From Candidatus Bathyarchaeota archaeon (lineage in GTDB: Archaea; Thermoproteota; Bathyarchaeia; TCS64): a stretch of 64,000 nt of DNA. Location of the stretch: positions 134,204-198,203 of the forward strand of contig CAVYLP010000002.1 of NCBI GenBank assembly GCA_963769425.1. Reading direction: 5' to 3'. The position numbers and the translations under genes are program-made. Below the pieces are notes generated by a model. It was given only the letters and a program-made list of their open reading frames with translations, searched no databases and was not told the origin of the DNA. Of this stretch, positions 19,441 to 29,983 are shown in pieces. Position 1 is the stretch's first letter. Each line of letters opens with the position of its first letter.

Positions 19441-19601
19441 CCTTCCCCTACTAACGCTCTTAGAGAGGGTATCCTTAGAAGGAAGACCAAGTTTAGATTC
19501 TGGGTGTGGTTTAAAAACCTTTTCCGTTTACTGAAGAAAGGGAAACCAATGGGGTTATAGCCAACTGGATCCCTCCTTGATTCTAGCCCCCGGGGTTCCA
19601 G

Positions 19602-20676
19602 ATGGCTTCACCCGACCCGCCCAAGGCGATTCCTGTCCATCGCATCGACCTACCCCGGATAGTGTTGGTTGGTAAGGGTGTTCTCTCCGCACTTAACGGG
19701 ATATGCGGAGAGCTTGGGCTTCCATAGGGCACTGATTGTGACTGGGAGGAACACCCTAAAGATTGCGGGGGAGAAGGTCCAGTGGATTCTAGCGAACGAC
19801 GGGATTAATTCGGATAAGTCCATCGTTGAAGACGCCCAGCTTGAGACGGTTGGGCGCGTCATGGAAGACGCGCAGAGGTCGAAGGCTGAAGTCCTCATCG
19901 GTGTAGGGGGAGGTAGGAGCATCGATGTCGCCAAGCTCGCTGCGGCGAAGACGGGCTGCGCATTCATAAGCGTCCCAACAGTAGCGAGTCACGATGGGAT
20001 AGCCAGCAGCCTCGCATCGGTCAAGGGCATGGACCGCCCATACACTGTCAAGGCCGTCTCCCCAATAGCGGTCGTCATGGACAGCGGCATCATTGCCGCC
20101 TCCCCCTACAGGTTCACCGCCGCGGGGTGTGGAGATGTGATTAGCAAGGCCACAGAGGTGGAGGACTGGAAGCTCGCACACAGGGATAATGGTGACTACT
20201 ACGGCGCCTACGCTGGAAGCCTCGCCCTTATGAGTAGCCAGCTTATCATGGAGAGCGCCGAAAAGATACGCCAAAACACAGTGGAGACCATTAGAGACTT
20301 ACTTGAGGCTCTGATCAGCTGCAGCACAGCCATGAGCATCGCGGGGAGCAGTAGACCCTGCAGCGGCTCCGCCCACCTCTTCAGTCATTCCCTCGACCTG
20401 ATCGTCGATAAGCCCGCCCTACACGGGGAGCAATGCGGTGTAGGCACCATAATGATGGCGAAGCTGCACGGCCTCGACTGGGAGAAGATAAGGGACAGCC
20501 TCATGACGATAGGCGCGCCAACGACCGCGAAGGGTCTCGGCGTGAAGAGGGAGAAGATACTGGAGGCTCTCACAATGGCGCAGGACGTTAGGCCAGACAG
20601 GTTCACGATTTTGTCGAAGATAAGGCTGGATCGCGCTTCCGCGGAGGCCCTCGCGACCGAGACAGGGGTCATATAG
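19602..20676 (+). CDS. egsA: sn-glycerol-1-phosphate dehydrogenase with an apparent single-base frameshift near 19716-19718
   Basis: ATG 19602 gives HRIDLPRIVLVGKGVL...ELG; the main frame continues FHRALIVTG, GVGGGRSIDVAK, SVPTVASHDGIAS, SSRPCSGSAHLFSH, LHGEQCG. Confidence 0.9.
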
Positions 20677-20762
20677 CCACCCCGCATAGCAGGGCTGCTG
20701 CATCGGCTACAAACTAATCTTTATATGAATAGAACCCACTCAAAAGACGAGTTAGCCCCAGG

Positions 20763-22940
20763 GTGGACCTTTTGAGCAGCGTCCAGTTGAAGATAGCCGA
20801 AGCGAAGCAGCAGAGAGACGTCGGGCGCAGCATAGCCCGGATGGACTCCGAGACGATGAAGACCCTAGGTGTCACGGTGGGTGATGTCGTGGAGATAGTG
20901 GGTAAGAAATCCACGGCCGCGAAGGCGTGGCCCGCTTATCCTGAGGACCAGGGTCTCAGCCTCCTACGCATAGATGGGTTCATTCGCAAGAATTGCAACG
21001 TCAGCATAAACGAGTTTGTCCAGGTGAAGAAGGCGGAGGCGGAATACGCCGTCTCGGTGAAGCTCGCCCCCGTCGATATAAGGATCAGCGTTGATAACGA
21101 CTTCATACGCTTCGTGAAGGACCGCCTCATCGACAGGCCGGCGACCCGCGGCGACACGCTGCTAATCATGATGCTTGGCCACTCGGTCCCCTTCATGGTG
21201 GTGAACACCCGCCCCGCGGGCATAGTGAAGATCTCACCAACCTCCGAGATCCAGATCCTCAGCGAGCCCGTCCCCGAGATGGAGATGCCGAGCAGGACCA
21301 CCTACGAGGACATCGGTGGACTGAACGAGGAGATCCGGCGCATAAGGGAGATGGTTGAGCTCCCGCTCCGCCACCCCGAGATATTCCAGAGGCTGGGCAT
21401 CGACCCGCCGAAGGGCGTGCTCCTCCACGGGCCACCCGGCTGCGGTAAGACCCTCCTCGCCCGAGCCGTCGCCAACGAGTCGGACGCCAACTTCTACGCC
21501 ATAAACGGCCCCGAGATCATGAGCAAGTTCTACGGCGAATCCGAGGGCAGGCTCAGGAAGATGTTCGAGGACGCGGAGAAGAACGCGCCCAGCATATTAT
21601 TCATAGATGAGATCGACGCCATCGCCCCGAAGAGGAGCGAGGTCACTGGTGAGGTAGAGAGGCGCGTCGTCGCCCAGCTACTCGCCAGCATGGACGGTCT
21701 GAAGAGCAGGGGTCACATCATAGTCATCGGCGCCACGAACAGGCCAGATGCTATAGACGAGGCGCTCCGCCGCCCCGGCAGGTTCGACAGGGAGATCGAG
21801 ATCGCGACCCCGGGCAGGGAGGGCCGCCTTGAGATCCTGCAGATACACACGCGCGGCATGCCACTCGCAGAGGACGTAAACCTGCAGAAGGTCTCAGAGT
21901 TCACCCACGGCTACACGGGTGCTGACCTCGAGGCACTAAGCCGCGAGGCCGCCATGAAGGCGCTCCGCAGGTACCTCCCCAAGATCGACCTGGAGCAGAA
22001 GAGGATACCCCACGAGGTCCTCGACCAGATGGTGGTCACCACGGAGGACATCATGGGCGCCTTCAGAGAGGTCACTCCAACCGCGATGCGCGAAGTCTAC
22101 ATCGAGACGCCGAACGTCCCCTGGGACGAGGTCGGCGGACTGGAGGAGGTCAAGCAGAGCCTTAAGGAGGCCGTTGAGTGGCCGCTGAAATACCCTGAGA
22201 GGTTCACGCGCCTTGGCATACAGCCGCCCAAGGGTATACTGCTACATGGCCCACCGGGCTGCGGCAAGACGCTTCTGGCACGCGCCGTTGCGACGGAGTC
22301 CGAGGCAAACTTCATCAGCATACGCGGCCCCGAGATATTCAGTAAGTGGGTCGGGGAGTCGGAGAAGGCCATCCGCGAGACGTTCCGTAAGGCACGCATG
22401 GCCGCGCCGAGCATCATATTCTTCGACGAGTTCGACGCCCTCGTCCCAGCGAGGGGCGGAGGCGGCGACAACCGCGTCACGGAGCGCGTCATAAGCCAGC
22501 TGCTCACCGAGATCGACGGCCTGATGAGCCTGCAGAACATAGTCGTCATCGCTGCGACGAACCGCCCAGACATGATCGACCCCGCAATACTACGCCCCGG
22601 CAGGTTCGACAGGCGCGTCTATGTCCCGCCACCAGACGGCGAGGCCCGCCTCAGGATACTGCAGATAAAGACGAAGGACATGCCCCTCGAGAAAGTGAAG
22701 ATCGAGGACCTAGCAAAGAAGATGCAGGGCTACAGCGGAGCCGACATAGACTCCATCTGCCGCGAGGCGGCGATAAACGCCCTACGCCGAGACCCCGAGA
22801 CCCAGAAGGTGCTGGGCACAGACTTTGACAAGGTCATGGCTGATATAGTACCCTCGATAACCCCTGAGATGGAGAAGTGGTACCAGGATACGAACAAGCG
22901 CATCCGGGACCAGCTCAAGCCCCCGATGGACATAGCATAG
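20763..22940 (+). CDS. cdc48: Cdc48/VCP AAA+ ATPase
   Basis: N-domain plus two AAA modules (GPPGCGKT twice, FIDEID, FFDEFD, RPGRFD). Confidence 0.96.
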   Translation: MDLLSSVQLKIAEAKQQRDVGRSIARMDSETMKTLGVTVGDVVEIVGKKSTAAKAWPAYPEDQGLSLLRIDGFIRKNCNVSINEFVQVKKAEAEYAVSVKLAPVDIRISVDNDFIRFVKDRLIDRPATRGDTLLIMMLGHSVPFMVVNTRPAGIVKISPTSEIQILSEPVPEMEMPSRTTYEDIGGLNEEIRRIREMVELPLRHPEIFQRLGIDPPKGVLLHGPPGCGKTLLARAVANESDANFYAINGPEIMSKFYGESEGRLRKMFEDAEKNAPSILFIDEIDAIAPKRSEVTGEVERRVVAQLLASMDGLKSRGHIIVIGATNRPDAIDEALRRPGRFDREIEIATPGREGRLEILQIHTRGMPLAEDVNLQKVSEFTHGYTGADLEALSREAAMKALRRYLPKIDLEQKRIPHEVLDQMVVTTEDIMGAFREVTPTAMREVYIETPNVPWDEVGGLEEVKQSLKEAVEWPLKYPERFTRLGIQPPKGILLHGPPGCGKTLLARAVATESEANFISIRGPEIFSKWVGESEKAIRETFRKARMAAPSIIFFDEFDALVPARGGGGDNRVTERVISQLLTEIDGLMSLQNIVVIAATNRPDMIDPAILRPGRFDRRVYVPPPDGEARLRILQIKTKDMPLEKVKIEDLAKKMQGYSGADIDSICREAAINALRRDPETQKVLGTDFDKVMADIVPSITPEMEKWYQDTNKRIRDQLKPPMDIA

Positions 22941-22948
22941 GTGATCTC

Positions 22949-23158
22949 ATGGACGCGAAGCTCATCCCGTCAACAATCGTCGAGGCCCTCGGGAAGGGGG
23001 GAGCGCTAGAGTTCGACGACCTCCTAAAGCAGGTTCAGAAGTACCAGAACGGCATAAACGAGACCGAGCTCGAGAAGATACTGATGGAGATGGAGATACA
23101 GGGCCTCGTCAGAGTCACGAAGATGGCCAAGGGTAAGAGGCGCATAGAGCTCGCGTAG
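22949..23158 (+). CDS. Small winged-helix protein
   Basis: GGTGA SD then ATG; 69 aa, ELEKILMEMEIQGLVRV wHTH pattern; co-oriented between cdc48 and fen. Confidence 0.75.
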   Translation: MDAKLIPSTIVEALGKGGALEFDDLLKQVQKYQNGINETELEKILMEMEIQGLVRVTKMAKGKRRIELA

Positions 23159-23167
23159 GGGGCTACG

Positions 23168-24208
23168 GTGTTGGGCGTCCAGTTCGGCGACCTCGTGGAA
23201 CCCCGCAAGATAGCACTTGACGAGCTCAAGGGCAGGTCCGTCGCCTTCGACGGGCACAACGTCATCTACCAGTTTCTAGCCATAATTCGCGGAGTGGGCG
23301 GGGAGCCCCTGAAGGACGCCAACGGCAACATCACCAGCCACCTCAGCGGCCTCATCTACAGGAACAGCAACTTGATGGAGGCGGGGGTCCGTGTCGTCTA
23401 CTGCTTCGACGGAAAGCCACATGAGTTCAAGAGGCAGACACTAGAGGCACGCCATGAGGTCCGGGTGAAGGCCCGGCAGAGGTACACGAAGGCTGTGGAG
23501 GAGGGTGACAAAGAGGGCGCCCGCCGCTGGGGACAGCAGAGCGTCATCGCAACCTCCGACATCATCGGGGACGCGAAGAGGCTCCTAACCCTCATGGGCA
23601 TACCCTGGATTCAGGCCCCAGGTGAGGGTGAGGCGCAAGCCGCCCACATGGCTATCAAGGGCTCAGTCTGGGCCGCGTCTAGCCAGGACTTCGACTCGAT
23701 GCTCTTCGGGGCTCCGCGCCTTGTCCGCAACCTCTCTATAAGTGGGCGCCGGAAGCTCCCCCGGAAGAACGTATACATAAAGGTCGAGCCCGAGATGTAC
23801 GAGTACCAGAAGCTACTGACGGAGCTCGGCCTCACGAGGGAGCAGCTTATCGACGTGGGCATACTCATCGGGACCGACTACAACCCTGAGGGGATCAAGG
23901 GGATCGGGCCGAAGACAGCGATCAAGCTCATCAAGAAGCACGGCAACCTAGAGGGCGCGTTATCTGATCTACCGAACGCGGAGTTCCCCCACCCAATCGA
24001 CGACATAAGGTCGCTATTCCTAAGCCCCGATGTGACCGACGACTACAAGATCGAGTGGGGGAAGCCCGACACGGCGGGGATTCTCAGTTACCTCTGCGGG
24101 GAGCACAACTTCAGCAGGGAGAAGGTTCTCTCCGCCATCGAGAAGATGGATAAGGGCTTCAGCAACGCCACGAAGGGCTCCGCGAGGCTCGACAAGTGGT
24201 TCGGGTAA
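23168..24208 (+). CDS. fen: Flap endonuclease 1
   Basis: AFDGHNVIYQFLAIIR, TSHLSG, FDGKP, QAPGEGEAQAA, SQDFDSMLFGAP, GTDYNPEGIKGIGPK, C-terminal LDKWF. Confidence 0.96.
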   Translation: MLGVQFGDLVEPRKIALDELKGRSVAFDGHNVIYQFLAIIRGVGGEPLKDANGNITSHLSGLIYRNSNLMEAGVRVVYCFDGKPHEFKRQTLEARHEVRVKARQRYTKAVEEGDKEGARRWGQQSVIATSDIIGDAKRLLTLMGIPWIQAPGEGEAQAAHMAIKGSVWAASSQDFDSMLFGAPRLVRNLSISGRRKLPRKNVYIKVEPEMYEYQKLLTELGLTREQLIDVGILIGTDYNPEGIKGIGPKTAIKLIKKHGNLEGALSDLPNAEFPHPIDDIRSLFLSPDVTDDYKIEWGKPDTAGILSYLCGEHNFSREKVLSAIEKMDKGFSNATKGSARLDKWFG

Positions 24209-24249
24209 GCACCCAAGTGATTTAACCCCCTCGGCCACCAGTTCCCACA

Positions 24250-25992
24250 GTGGTTCCTGTGTTGGAGGAGATAAAGGTCGAGGGCGCGGCCGAGGGCTAC
24301 GTCGAGATGCTGCACCGCTACGGTGTGGACTACGTCTTCGCCTCGCCTGGGACGGAGTTCGTCCCGGTCTGGGAGTTCCTCGCGAAGTACAACGAGGCGG
24401 GGAAGAAGCCCCTGTACATGAACACGAGGCACGAGGGGCTCTCCGTCTCGCTTGCGAAGGGCTACTACATGGTGTCGGGGAGGCCGCAGGTCCTCATGGC
24501 GCATGTCCTCACTGGGATGCTCCACGGCGCCATGGAGTTGAAGGCAGCCTACACCGACCAGATACCCCTCATGCTGCTGGTTGGAGAGGCGAGGACACAC
24601 GACGATGAGGTCTACGGCGGGACGCCCGGCCCCCATTATCTCTCCTTTACTGAGGTTGGCGGGCAGCAGAGGCTCATCCAGCCCTACATGAAGTGGGTAG
24701 ATACACCCCAGTGCAACGACAACATCCTATCCACAATTATCAGGGGCCTCGACATAGCGTCGACTGACATTAAGGGGCCGGTGATGCTCTCCCTAAGCAG
24801 GGAGCTGCTCTTCGATAAGAGGGAGAAGATGAGGGTGCCATACCCGAACCCGAGGCCATCGCCCCTTCAGGCGGACCCGGAGGCTCTGAGGAAGCTGGCG
24901 AGGATGCTGGCGAAGGCGGAGAACCCCCTCATATACACACGCTACCTCGGAAGGAACAGGGGTGCGGTCGTCTCTCTCGTCGAACTAGCAGAGCTAGTTG
25001 GTGCCCCCGTCTTCGAGACGCCTGGTTACACGAATTTCCCGACCACCAACCCACTCCACATGGGCACAAGCATGGGAAACTACCTCGCGGACGCCGACCT
25101 CATCCTCGTCGTAGATGCCAACGGGTGGCCACCATGGTACCCGCCGAACAGCATCACCGAGAGGAGCAGGGCGAAGATAGTCTTCATGGACCTCGACCCC
25201 CTGCAGGTGAAGTACCCAGTCTACAGCTATCCCGCCGACCTACTAATCGCCGCCGACTCGAGTCTCGCTCTCCCAGCGCTTGTCGCCGAGGTGAAGAAGG
25301 TGCACGACAACGGGAAGGGCGTGGAGGATCGGCTCGCCCGATGGGGGAAGGAGCACAAGCGCCTCAGGGAGGAGTGGAGAAAGGCAGCATTCTCCGCCAA
25401 GGACCAGTGCCCCATCAGTCCGAGGTGGCTCTGCCACTGCATAGACGAGGTCGTGGATGAGAACACGATACTCGTCCACGAGACCATCAGCCACAGCACG
25501 ATGATCTTCGAGCACATCGAACGCCACCGAGTCGTGCCAGGATCACAGCTGGAGGCCACGGGCCCCATAGCCCACACGGGGCTGGGACAGGGCCTCGGCG
25601 TCGCCCTAGGCGCGAAACTCGCCGCCCCGGAGAAGAACGTCATCGCCCTCGAGGGGGACGGCAGCTTCAACTATAACCCCGTCCACGCCTGCCTCGGCTT
25701 AGCCCAAGAGTACGCGATACCGTTCCTGACCGTCATCTACGACAACCAAGGCTACGCGGCGATGAAGCACCACCCACGCTACTACCCGAAGGGGTACGCC
25801 ATGAGCAGCGGCAGGATATACGGCGTCGCTTGCGAGCCCAAGCCCGACTACGCCAAGCTATCGGAGGTGTTCGGCGGATACGGGGAGGAGGTCATCGACC
25901 CATCCGAGGTCAAGCCTGCCTTGCTCAGGGCGCTGAAGCAGTTGAAGAAGGGCACACACGCCCTACTCGACGTCATCCTACCAGGGTGCTAA
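24250..25992 (+). CDS. Thiamine pyrophosphate-dependent enzyme (acetolactate synthase/benzoylformate decarboxylase-like)
   Basis: SPGTEF, RHE, GLGQGLGVALGAKLA, GDGSF...YDNQGY TPP motif. Confidence 0.88.
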   Translation: MVPVLEEIKVEGAAEGYVEMLHRYGVDYVFASPGTEFVPVWEFLAKYNEAGKKPLYMNTRHEGLSVSLAKGYYMVSGRPQVLMAHVLTGMLHGAMELKAAYTDQIPLMLLVGEARTHDDEVYGGTPGPHYLSFTEVGGQQRLIQPYMKWVDTPQCNDNILSTIIRGLDIASTDIKGPVMLSLSRELLFDKREKMRVPYPNPRPSPLQADPEALRKLARMLAKAENPLIYTRYLGRNRGAVVSLVELAELVGAPVFETPGYTNFPTTNPLHMGTSMGNYLADADLILVVDANGWPPWYPPNSITERSRAKIVFMDLDPLQVKYPVYSYPADLLIAADSSLALPALVAEVKKVHDNGKGVEDRLARWGKEHKRLREEWRKAAFSAKDQCPISPRWLCHCIDEVVDENTILVHETISHSTMIFEHIERHRVVPGSQLEATGPIAHTGLGQGLGVALGAKLAAPEKNVIALEGDGSFNYNPVHACLGLAQEYAIPFLTVIYDNQGYAAMKHHPRYYPKGYAMSSGRIYGVACEPKPDYAKLSEVFGGYGEEVIDPSEVKPALLRALKQLKKGTHALLDVILPGC

Positions 25993-25994
25993 AA

Positions 25995-26294
25995 ATGGGA
26001 AAAAAGAAGTTTGTCGAAGAGCATAGAATCGAGAGAGTCGATACCTCCACGCCCAGCGGGGAGGGCGTCAGGGCGTTCCTAGACGAGATCGACCCTGACG
26101 CGGTCTGCGAGAAGTGCGGTGGCCTACCATACGACATAGTCTTCAGCCACAAGGGTGTGCAATACAAGTTCTGCCTGTATAAGATACAAAAAGAGGACAA
26201 AGTACTCGCTGAGACCGACTATGAGAAGCTCCACGAGTACACAAAGAAAGACGGAGTAATGATGAGCTTAAGGGAGAAGAAGACTAAGAGTTAG
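25995..26294 (+). CDS. Small hypothetical protein with CxxC
   Basis: ATG 2 nt after the upstream stop; VCEKCGG. Confidence 0.6.
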   Translation: MGKKKFVEEHRIERVDTSTPSGEGVRAFLDEIDPDAVCEKCGGLPYDIVFSHKGVQYKFCLYKIQKEDKVLAETDYEKLHEYTKKDGVMMSLREKKTKS

Positions 26295-26526
26295 GTATAG
26301 TCCGTTGATTCGAGATACACGTATAATAAACTAAATTTTTACAATGATTAAAAATTTGTTGGCTTAATAAGAGTTTTTTAATGGGCTATAATGTAAGTCG
26401 TGATACAGAACACGCTTCTTTGGTTTATGGCCGTGTAAGTGGCTCATTCAATTCTTCATTGCAAGGATTCTGGAAAAAGAATCACTTATGATTAATTTGA
26501 GATCCTAATTGTGCGAATTAGGTCTC

Positions 26527-27711
26527 TCATGATAAACCTAGAACGCTCGTCGCAAGCATCACGAATACCTTCCCTGCGATGGCGACTTTCTCTAGGTCGA
26601 CGCTCTCGTCGGGTGTGTGAGAGAGTCTGGGGTCTCCGGGTCCGAATAGGGGGGTGGGTATTTTTGCGTCTCGGACAAGCCAGGAGGCGTCGGTTCCTGC
26701 TGCTTTTCCGTAGAGGCCTGGTAGGATACCAGTCACCGAGTGGACAGAGTCTACGAGGCTCTTCACTATCGGTTCTTCGGGCGAGGTCTCCATGGGTGGC
26801 CATTCTTCGAGGACTTTTATGCTTGTCTTGAGCTGAGGGTCCTTGCCTCTTGCTGCCTCGATTGCATCAGTTATGTCTCTTAGGGCTTTATCGGGGTATT
26901 CTCCGGGTAGGAGGCGTCTGTCGAGTTCGATGCTGCATCGATCGGGTATGACGTTAATCTTGGTTCCTCCTTTGATTGTGGTGACGCTGAGCACCGGCTG
27001 TGGGACGTCGAAGAGCTCGTTCCTGCCCTCAAGCTTTACGTTTTTCAGGGCATCCATTACTTTGCGCATCTTATCTATTGCATTGACGCCGAGATGTGGC
27101 CTCGAGGCGTGGGCGCCACTCCCGTGGGTAGTCACCTCGGCCCAGAGGATTCCCTTGTTCGCTATCTCGACCCGTAGGTCAGTTGGCTCGGACACCACAG
27201 CCATGTCGGCCTTTAAACCAGCCTCGATGAGGTGGCGTGTTCCGTAGATACTGCCCGTCTCCTCATCCGCCACAGCTGTGAGGATAAGATCACCATTCAG
27301 CTTCGTGTCTGACTTCACTATGGCCTCGATCGAGGCTATCATTGAGGCGACGCCCGACTTCATATCCGCAGCGCCTCGCCCGTACATCTTTCCATTGATG
27401 ATTTCGGCCCCAAATGGGTCGTGGGTCCACCCGTCACCGGGGGGGACGACGTCTATATGGCCGTTGTACAGCAGTTTCGGGGTTCCAATTTTTCCGTGGA
27501 GTGTGGCGACGACATTGGTTCTCCGGGGCACCTTCTCGACGAGTTTTACGTCGAGGCCGAGTCCTTTCAGTTTCTCATATACGACTTCCGCGCACTCCCG
27601 TTCCCCACCGGGTGGATTGACGCTGGCGGCTCTGATCATGTTCCTAAGAAGGTTTGATGCCGACGCGCTGTCGACGTATTCTGTTATAAGTTGGCGAACC
27701 ATTCTTCGCAT
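26527..27711 (-). CDS. M20 family metallopeptidase/deacylase (ArgE/DapE-like)
   Basis: YNGHIDVVP, YGRGAADMKSG, ADEETG, SEPT, GAHAS, NVIP, GTDA, HTPDE. Confidence 0.92.
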   Translation of the reverse strand: MRRMVRQLITEYVDSASASNLLRNMIRAASVNPPGGERECAEVVYEKLKGLGLDVKLVEKVPRRTNVVATLHGKIGTPKLLYNGHIDVVPPGDGWTHDPFGAEIINGKMYGRGAADMKSGVASMIASIEAIVKSDTKLNGDLILTAVADEETGSIYGTRHLIEAGLKADMAVVSEPTDLRVEIANKGILWAEVTTHGSGAHASRPHLGVNAIDKMRKVMDALKNVKLEGRNELFDVPQPVLSVTTIKGGTKINVIPDRCSIELDRRLLPGEYPDKALRDITDAIEAARGKDPQLKTSIKVLEEWPPMETSPEEPIVKSLVDSVHSVTGILPGLYGKAAGTDASWLVRDAKIPTPLFGPGDPRLSHTPDESVDLEKVAIAGKVFVMLATSVLGLS

Positions 27712-27767
27712 CCTCGACTGGTCTTATATAGCCTCACCTCATCGTTAAAGCTGATTGGGGGTAGGCC

Positions 27768-28442
27768 ATGGTTCAATCTGGGGAACCAGTCAGGATACTC
27801 GGCATCGTCGGGAGTCCCCGAAGAGGGAACACTGAGCTTCTCGTCAATGAGGCCCTGAAGTCAGCGGAGGCCGTCGGCAACGTGGAAACCGAGGTTCTAC
27901 GTATAGCCCGCCTCAAGATCCACCCATGCGTTGCCTGTTTCAGGTGCTTCGATGAAAACGATGGAACCCACGTATGTCCTAGTTTCGAGGACGACATGGA
28001 GAAGGTCTACCCGATGCTAGCGAGAAGCGACGGAATAATTATCGCGAGCCCCGTATACTTCGGGGGCATAACCGGCCAGTTAAAGACTCTGCTCGACAGA
28101 ACCGAGCCCTTCGTCAGGTATGCCCGAACGGGGTATGGAGGGGGGCTCTCAAACAAGGTGGGTGGAGCGATCGCTGTTGGATACAACAGGAATGGGGGCC
28201 AGGAGACCTCCATACAGATGATCCATAGTTACTTCTTGGTCCACGACATGATCGTCGTGGGCTCGGGCCCTGTGGAGACACCGGGGTGCTACTATGGCGG
28301 AGGCTCGGTTACTTACCCGAAGAGGAGCAAAATCCTCGACGCTGTGGCCGAGGACGAGCTCGGCTTGAGATCGGCGATGGGGCTCGGGGAGAAAGTGGCA
28401 AAAATAGCTAGCATGGTTAAGAATAGTTGTCAAGATAAATAG
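27768..28442 (+). CDS. Iron-sulfur flavoprotein / flavodoxin-like
   Basis: GSPRRGNT, CVACFRC...C, ASPVYFG, RNGGQE. Confidence 0.88.
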   Translation: MVQSGEPVRILGIVGSPRRGNTELLVNEALKSAEAVGNVETEVLRIARLKIHPCVACFRCFDENDGTHVCPSFEDDMEKVYPMLARSDGIIIASPVYFGGITGQLKTLLDRTEPFVRYARTGYGGGLSNKVGGAIAVGYNRNGGQETSIQMIHSYFLVHDMIVVGSGPVETPGCYYGGGSVTYPKRSKILDAVAEDELGLRSAMGLGEKVAKIASMVKNSCQDK

Positions 28443-28527
28443 TGACTTAATAATTTAAGAATCAGAATATTCGCAACATCTCATCATCAAAATGTTATTT
28501 TACTTTAAACCACGATAAAGTAGATAG

Positions 28528-28986
28528 ATGTTTCAGAAAATCCTTGTTCCGATAGACGGATCGAATCCAGCGCATAATGCGTTAGTTAATGCGCTTCAGA
28601 TAGCGAGAATTCACGGCTCTGAGGTCGAGATACTGCACGTCATGACTTTTACTGAGGATCTCCCAGAGATACCTGATAAATCAGGGGAGAAGAATGCCCT
28701 TGATTCATGGATTGACGATTATATGACCAGAGTTAGGAAAAAGGATAATAAAATGCTTGGCAACGCCGTTGAGGAAGCTAAGGCTCTGGGTTTATCCGAT
28801 AAAGTCTATTCGAAGCTTCTCATAGGAAAGCCTGGGAGCATAATTATCGCTGAGGCATCTCAAGGTGGATTTGATCTTATCGTTATTGGGAATAGGGGGC
28901 TCGGCGGTTTTAAGGAGCTTGTTTTGGGAAGTGTTAGCCACCAGGTTGTGAATGAATCAAAGATACCTGTGCTTGTTGTGAAATGA
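28528..28986 (+). CDS. Universal stress protein (UspA family)
   Basis: KILVPIDGS, DLIVIGNRGLGG..LGSVS..V..PVLVVK. Confidence 0.93.
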   Translation: MFQKILVPIDGSNPAHNALVNALQIARIHGSEVEILHVMTFTEDLPEIPDKSGEKNALDSWIDDYMTRVRKKDNKMLGNAVEEAKALGLSDKVYSKLLIGKPGSIIIAEASQGGFDLIVIGNRGLGGFKELVLGSVSHQVVNESKIPVLVVK

Positions 28987-29017
28987 CTAATAAAAAAAAA
29001 GTATCATTATATTTCTG

Positions 29018-29842
29018 TTAGGCGACGTGTTTCTTGTTTCTTAGCCAATATTCGGCTACATCTCTTCCCGTAGCGAACCAGACTCCCGGGTCTTCCCGCA
29101 TTCGCTTGATGAGCCTCTCGAGGGCCTTGATCCTTGATGGACGTCCTGTTAGTTGTGGGTGCATGGTTAGGACGAAGCAGAGTCCCTCATCGTAGAATCC
29201 AGTGTACTCCTGCTCCCATATTGAGTAGACGTGGGCAGGGTCTGTAATGTTTCTGCCCGTAAGACGTGTGCTGTAGAGATAGTAGGGAGCGTCGTCCATA
29301 ATCCAGCTGACGGGGACCTCGACGAGGCTCGTCTGTGCATCATCGAGTTTGTGGAGATAGGGGAGGTCGCTGTTCATCATGTTGCTCGAGTACTTGAATC
29401 GGTTCTCGACGAGTAGCCTGAGGGTGTTGGGGCTAAACTCCCAGGCGGGGGACCTGTAGCCGACGGGTCCTTCGGGGACGAAGTCCTTTATGAGGGATGT
29501 TCCCTTCGCCAAAATCTCTTTCTCCTGCTCTAGGTTGAGAGTGTCGGGCCACTCGTGGTAGTAGCCGTGGTGTCCGATCTCGTGGCCGTGGGCGACGATG
29601 TCTCTCACCGTATCGGGATACTTTTCCATCGCCCAGCCCGTCACGAAGAATGTTGCCTTGATATCGTAGTGGTTGAGGAGCTTAAGTATCCGCGGGACTC
29701 CCACTCTGGGGCCGTATTCACCTTGGGACATTGTCACGGGTCTCTCAATGTTCTTCGGGTCACGTGGGATCCAAAGTGACTCGGCGTCCAGATCGAAGCT
29801 TAGGACGACGGCCATCTTCTTGGAGTCAGGCCATACGCTCAT
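29018..29842 (-). CDS. Polysaccharide deacetylase family (CE4, PgdA/PuuE-like)
   Basis: SFDLDAE, YGPRVGVPRIL, ATFF, HEIGHHGYYHE, GYRSP, TMHP. Confidence 0.88.
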   Translation of the reverse strand: MSVWPDSKKMAVVLSFDLDAESLWIPRDPKNIERPVTMSQGEYGPRVGVPRILKLLNHYDIKATFFVTGWAMEKYPDTVRDIVAHGHEIGHHGYYHEWPDTLNLEQEKEILAKGTSLIKDFVPEGPVGYRSPAWEFSPNTLRLLVENRFKYSSNMMNSDLPYLHKLDDAQTSLVEVPVSWIMDDAPYYLYSTRLTGRNITDPAHVYSIWEQEYTGFYDEGLCFVLTMHPQLTGRPSRIKALERLIKRMREDPGVWFATGRDVAEYWLRNKKHVA

Positions 29843-29983
29843 GTTCAGTCAAGGGATTCTATGTTGAATTGATATAACAATTCAACGATACAATTTTTTA
29901 TTGATGGGTGTGTCCTTATGCGTAATTATTAAGGTCAAAATACTAGACGAAAAATCGATTAAGTTAACCGCGTATTATATTCC

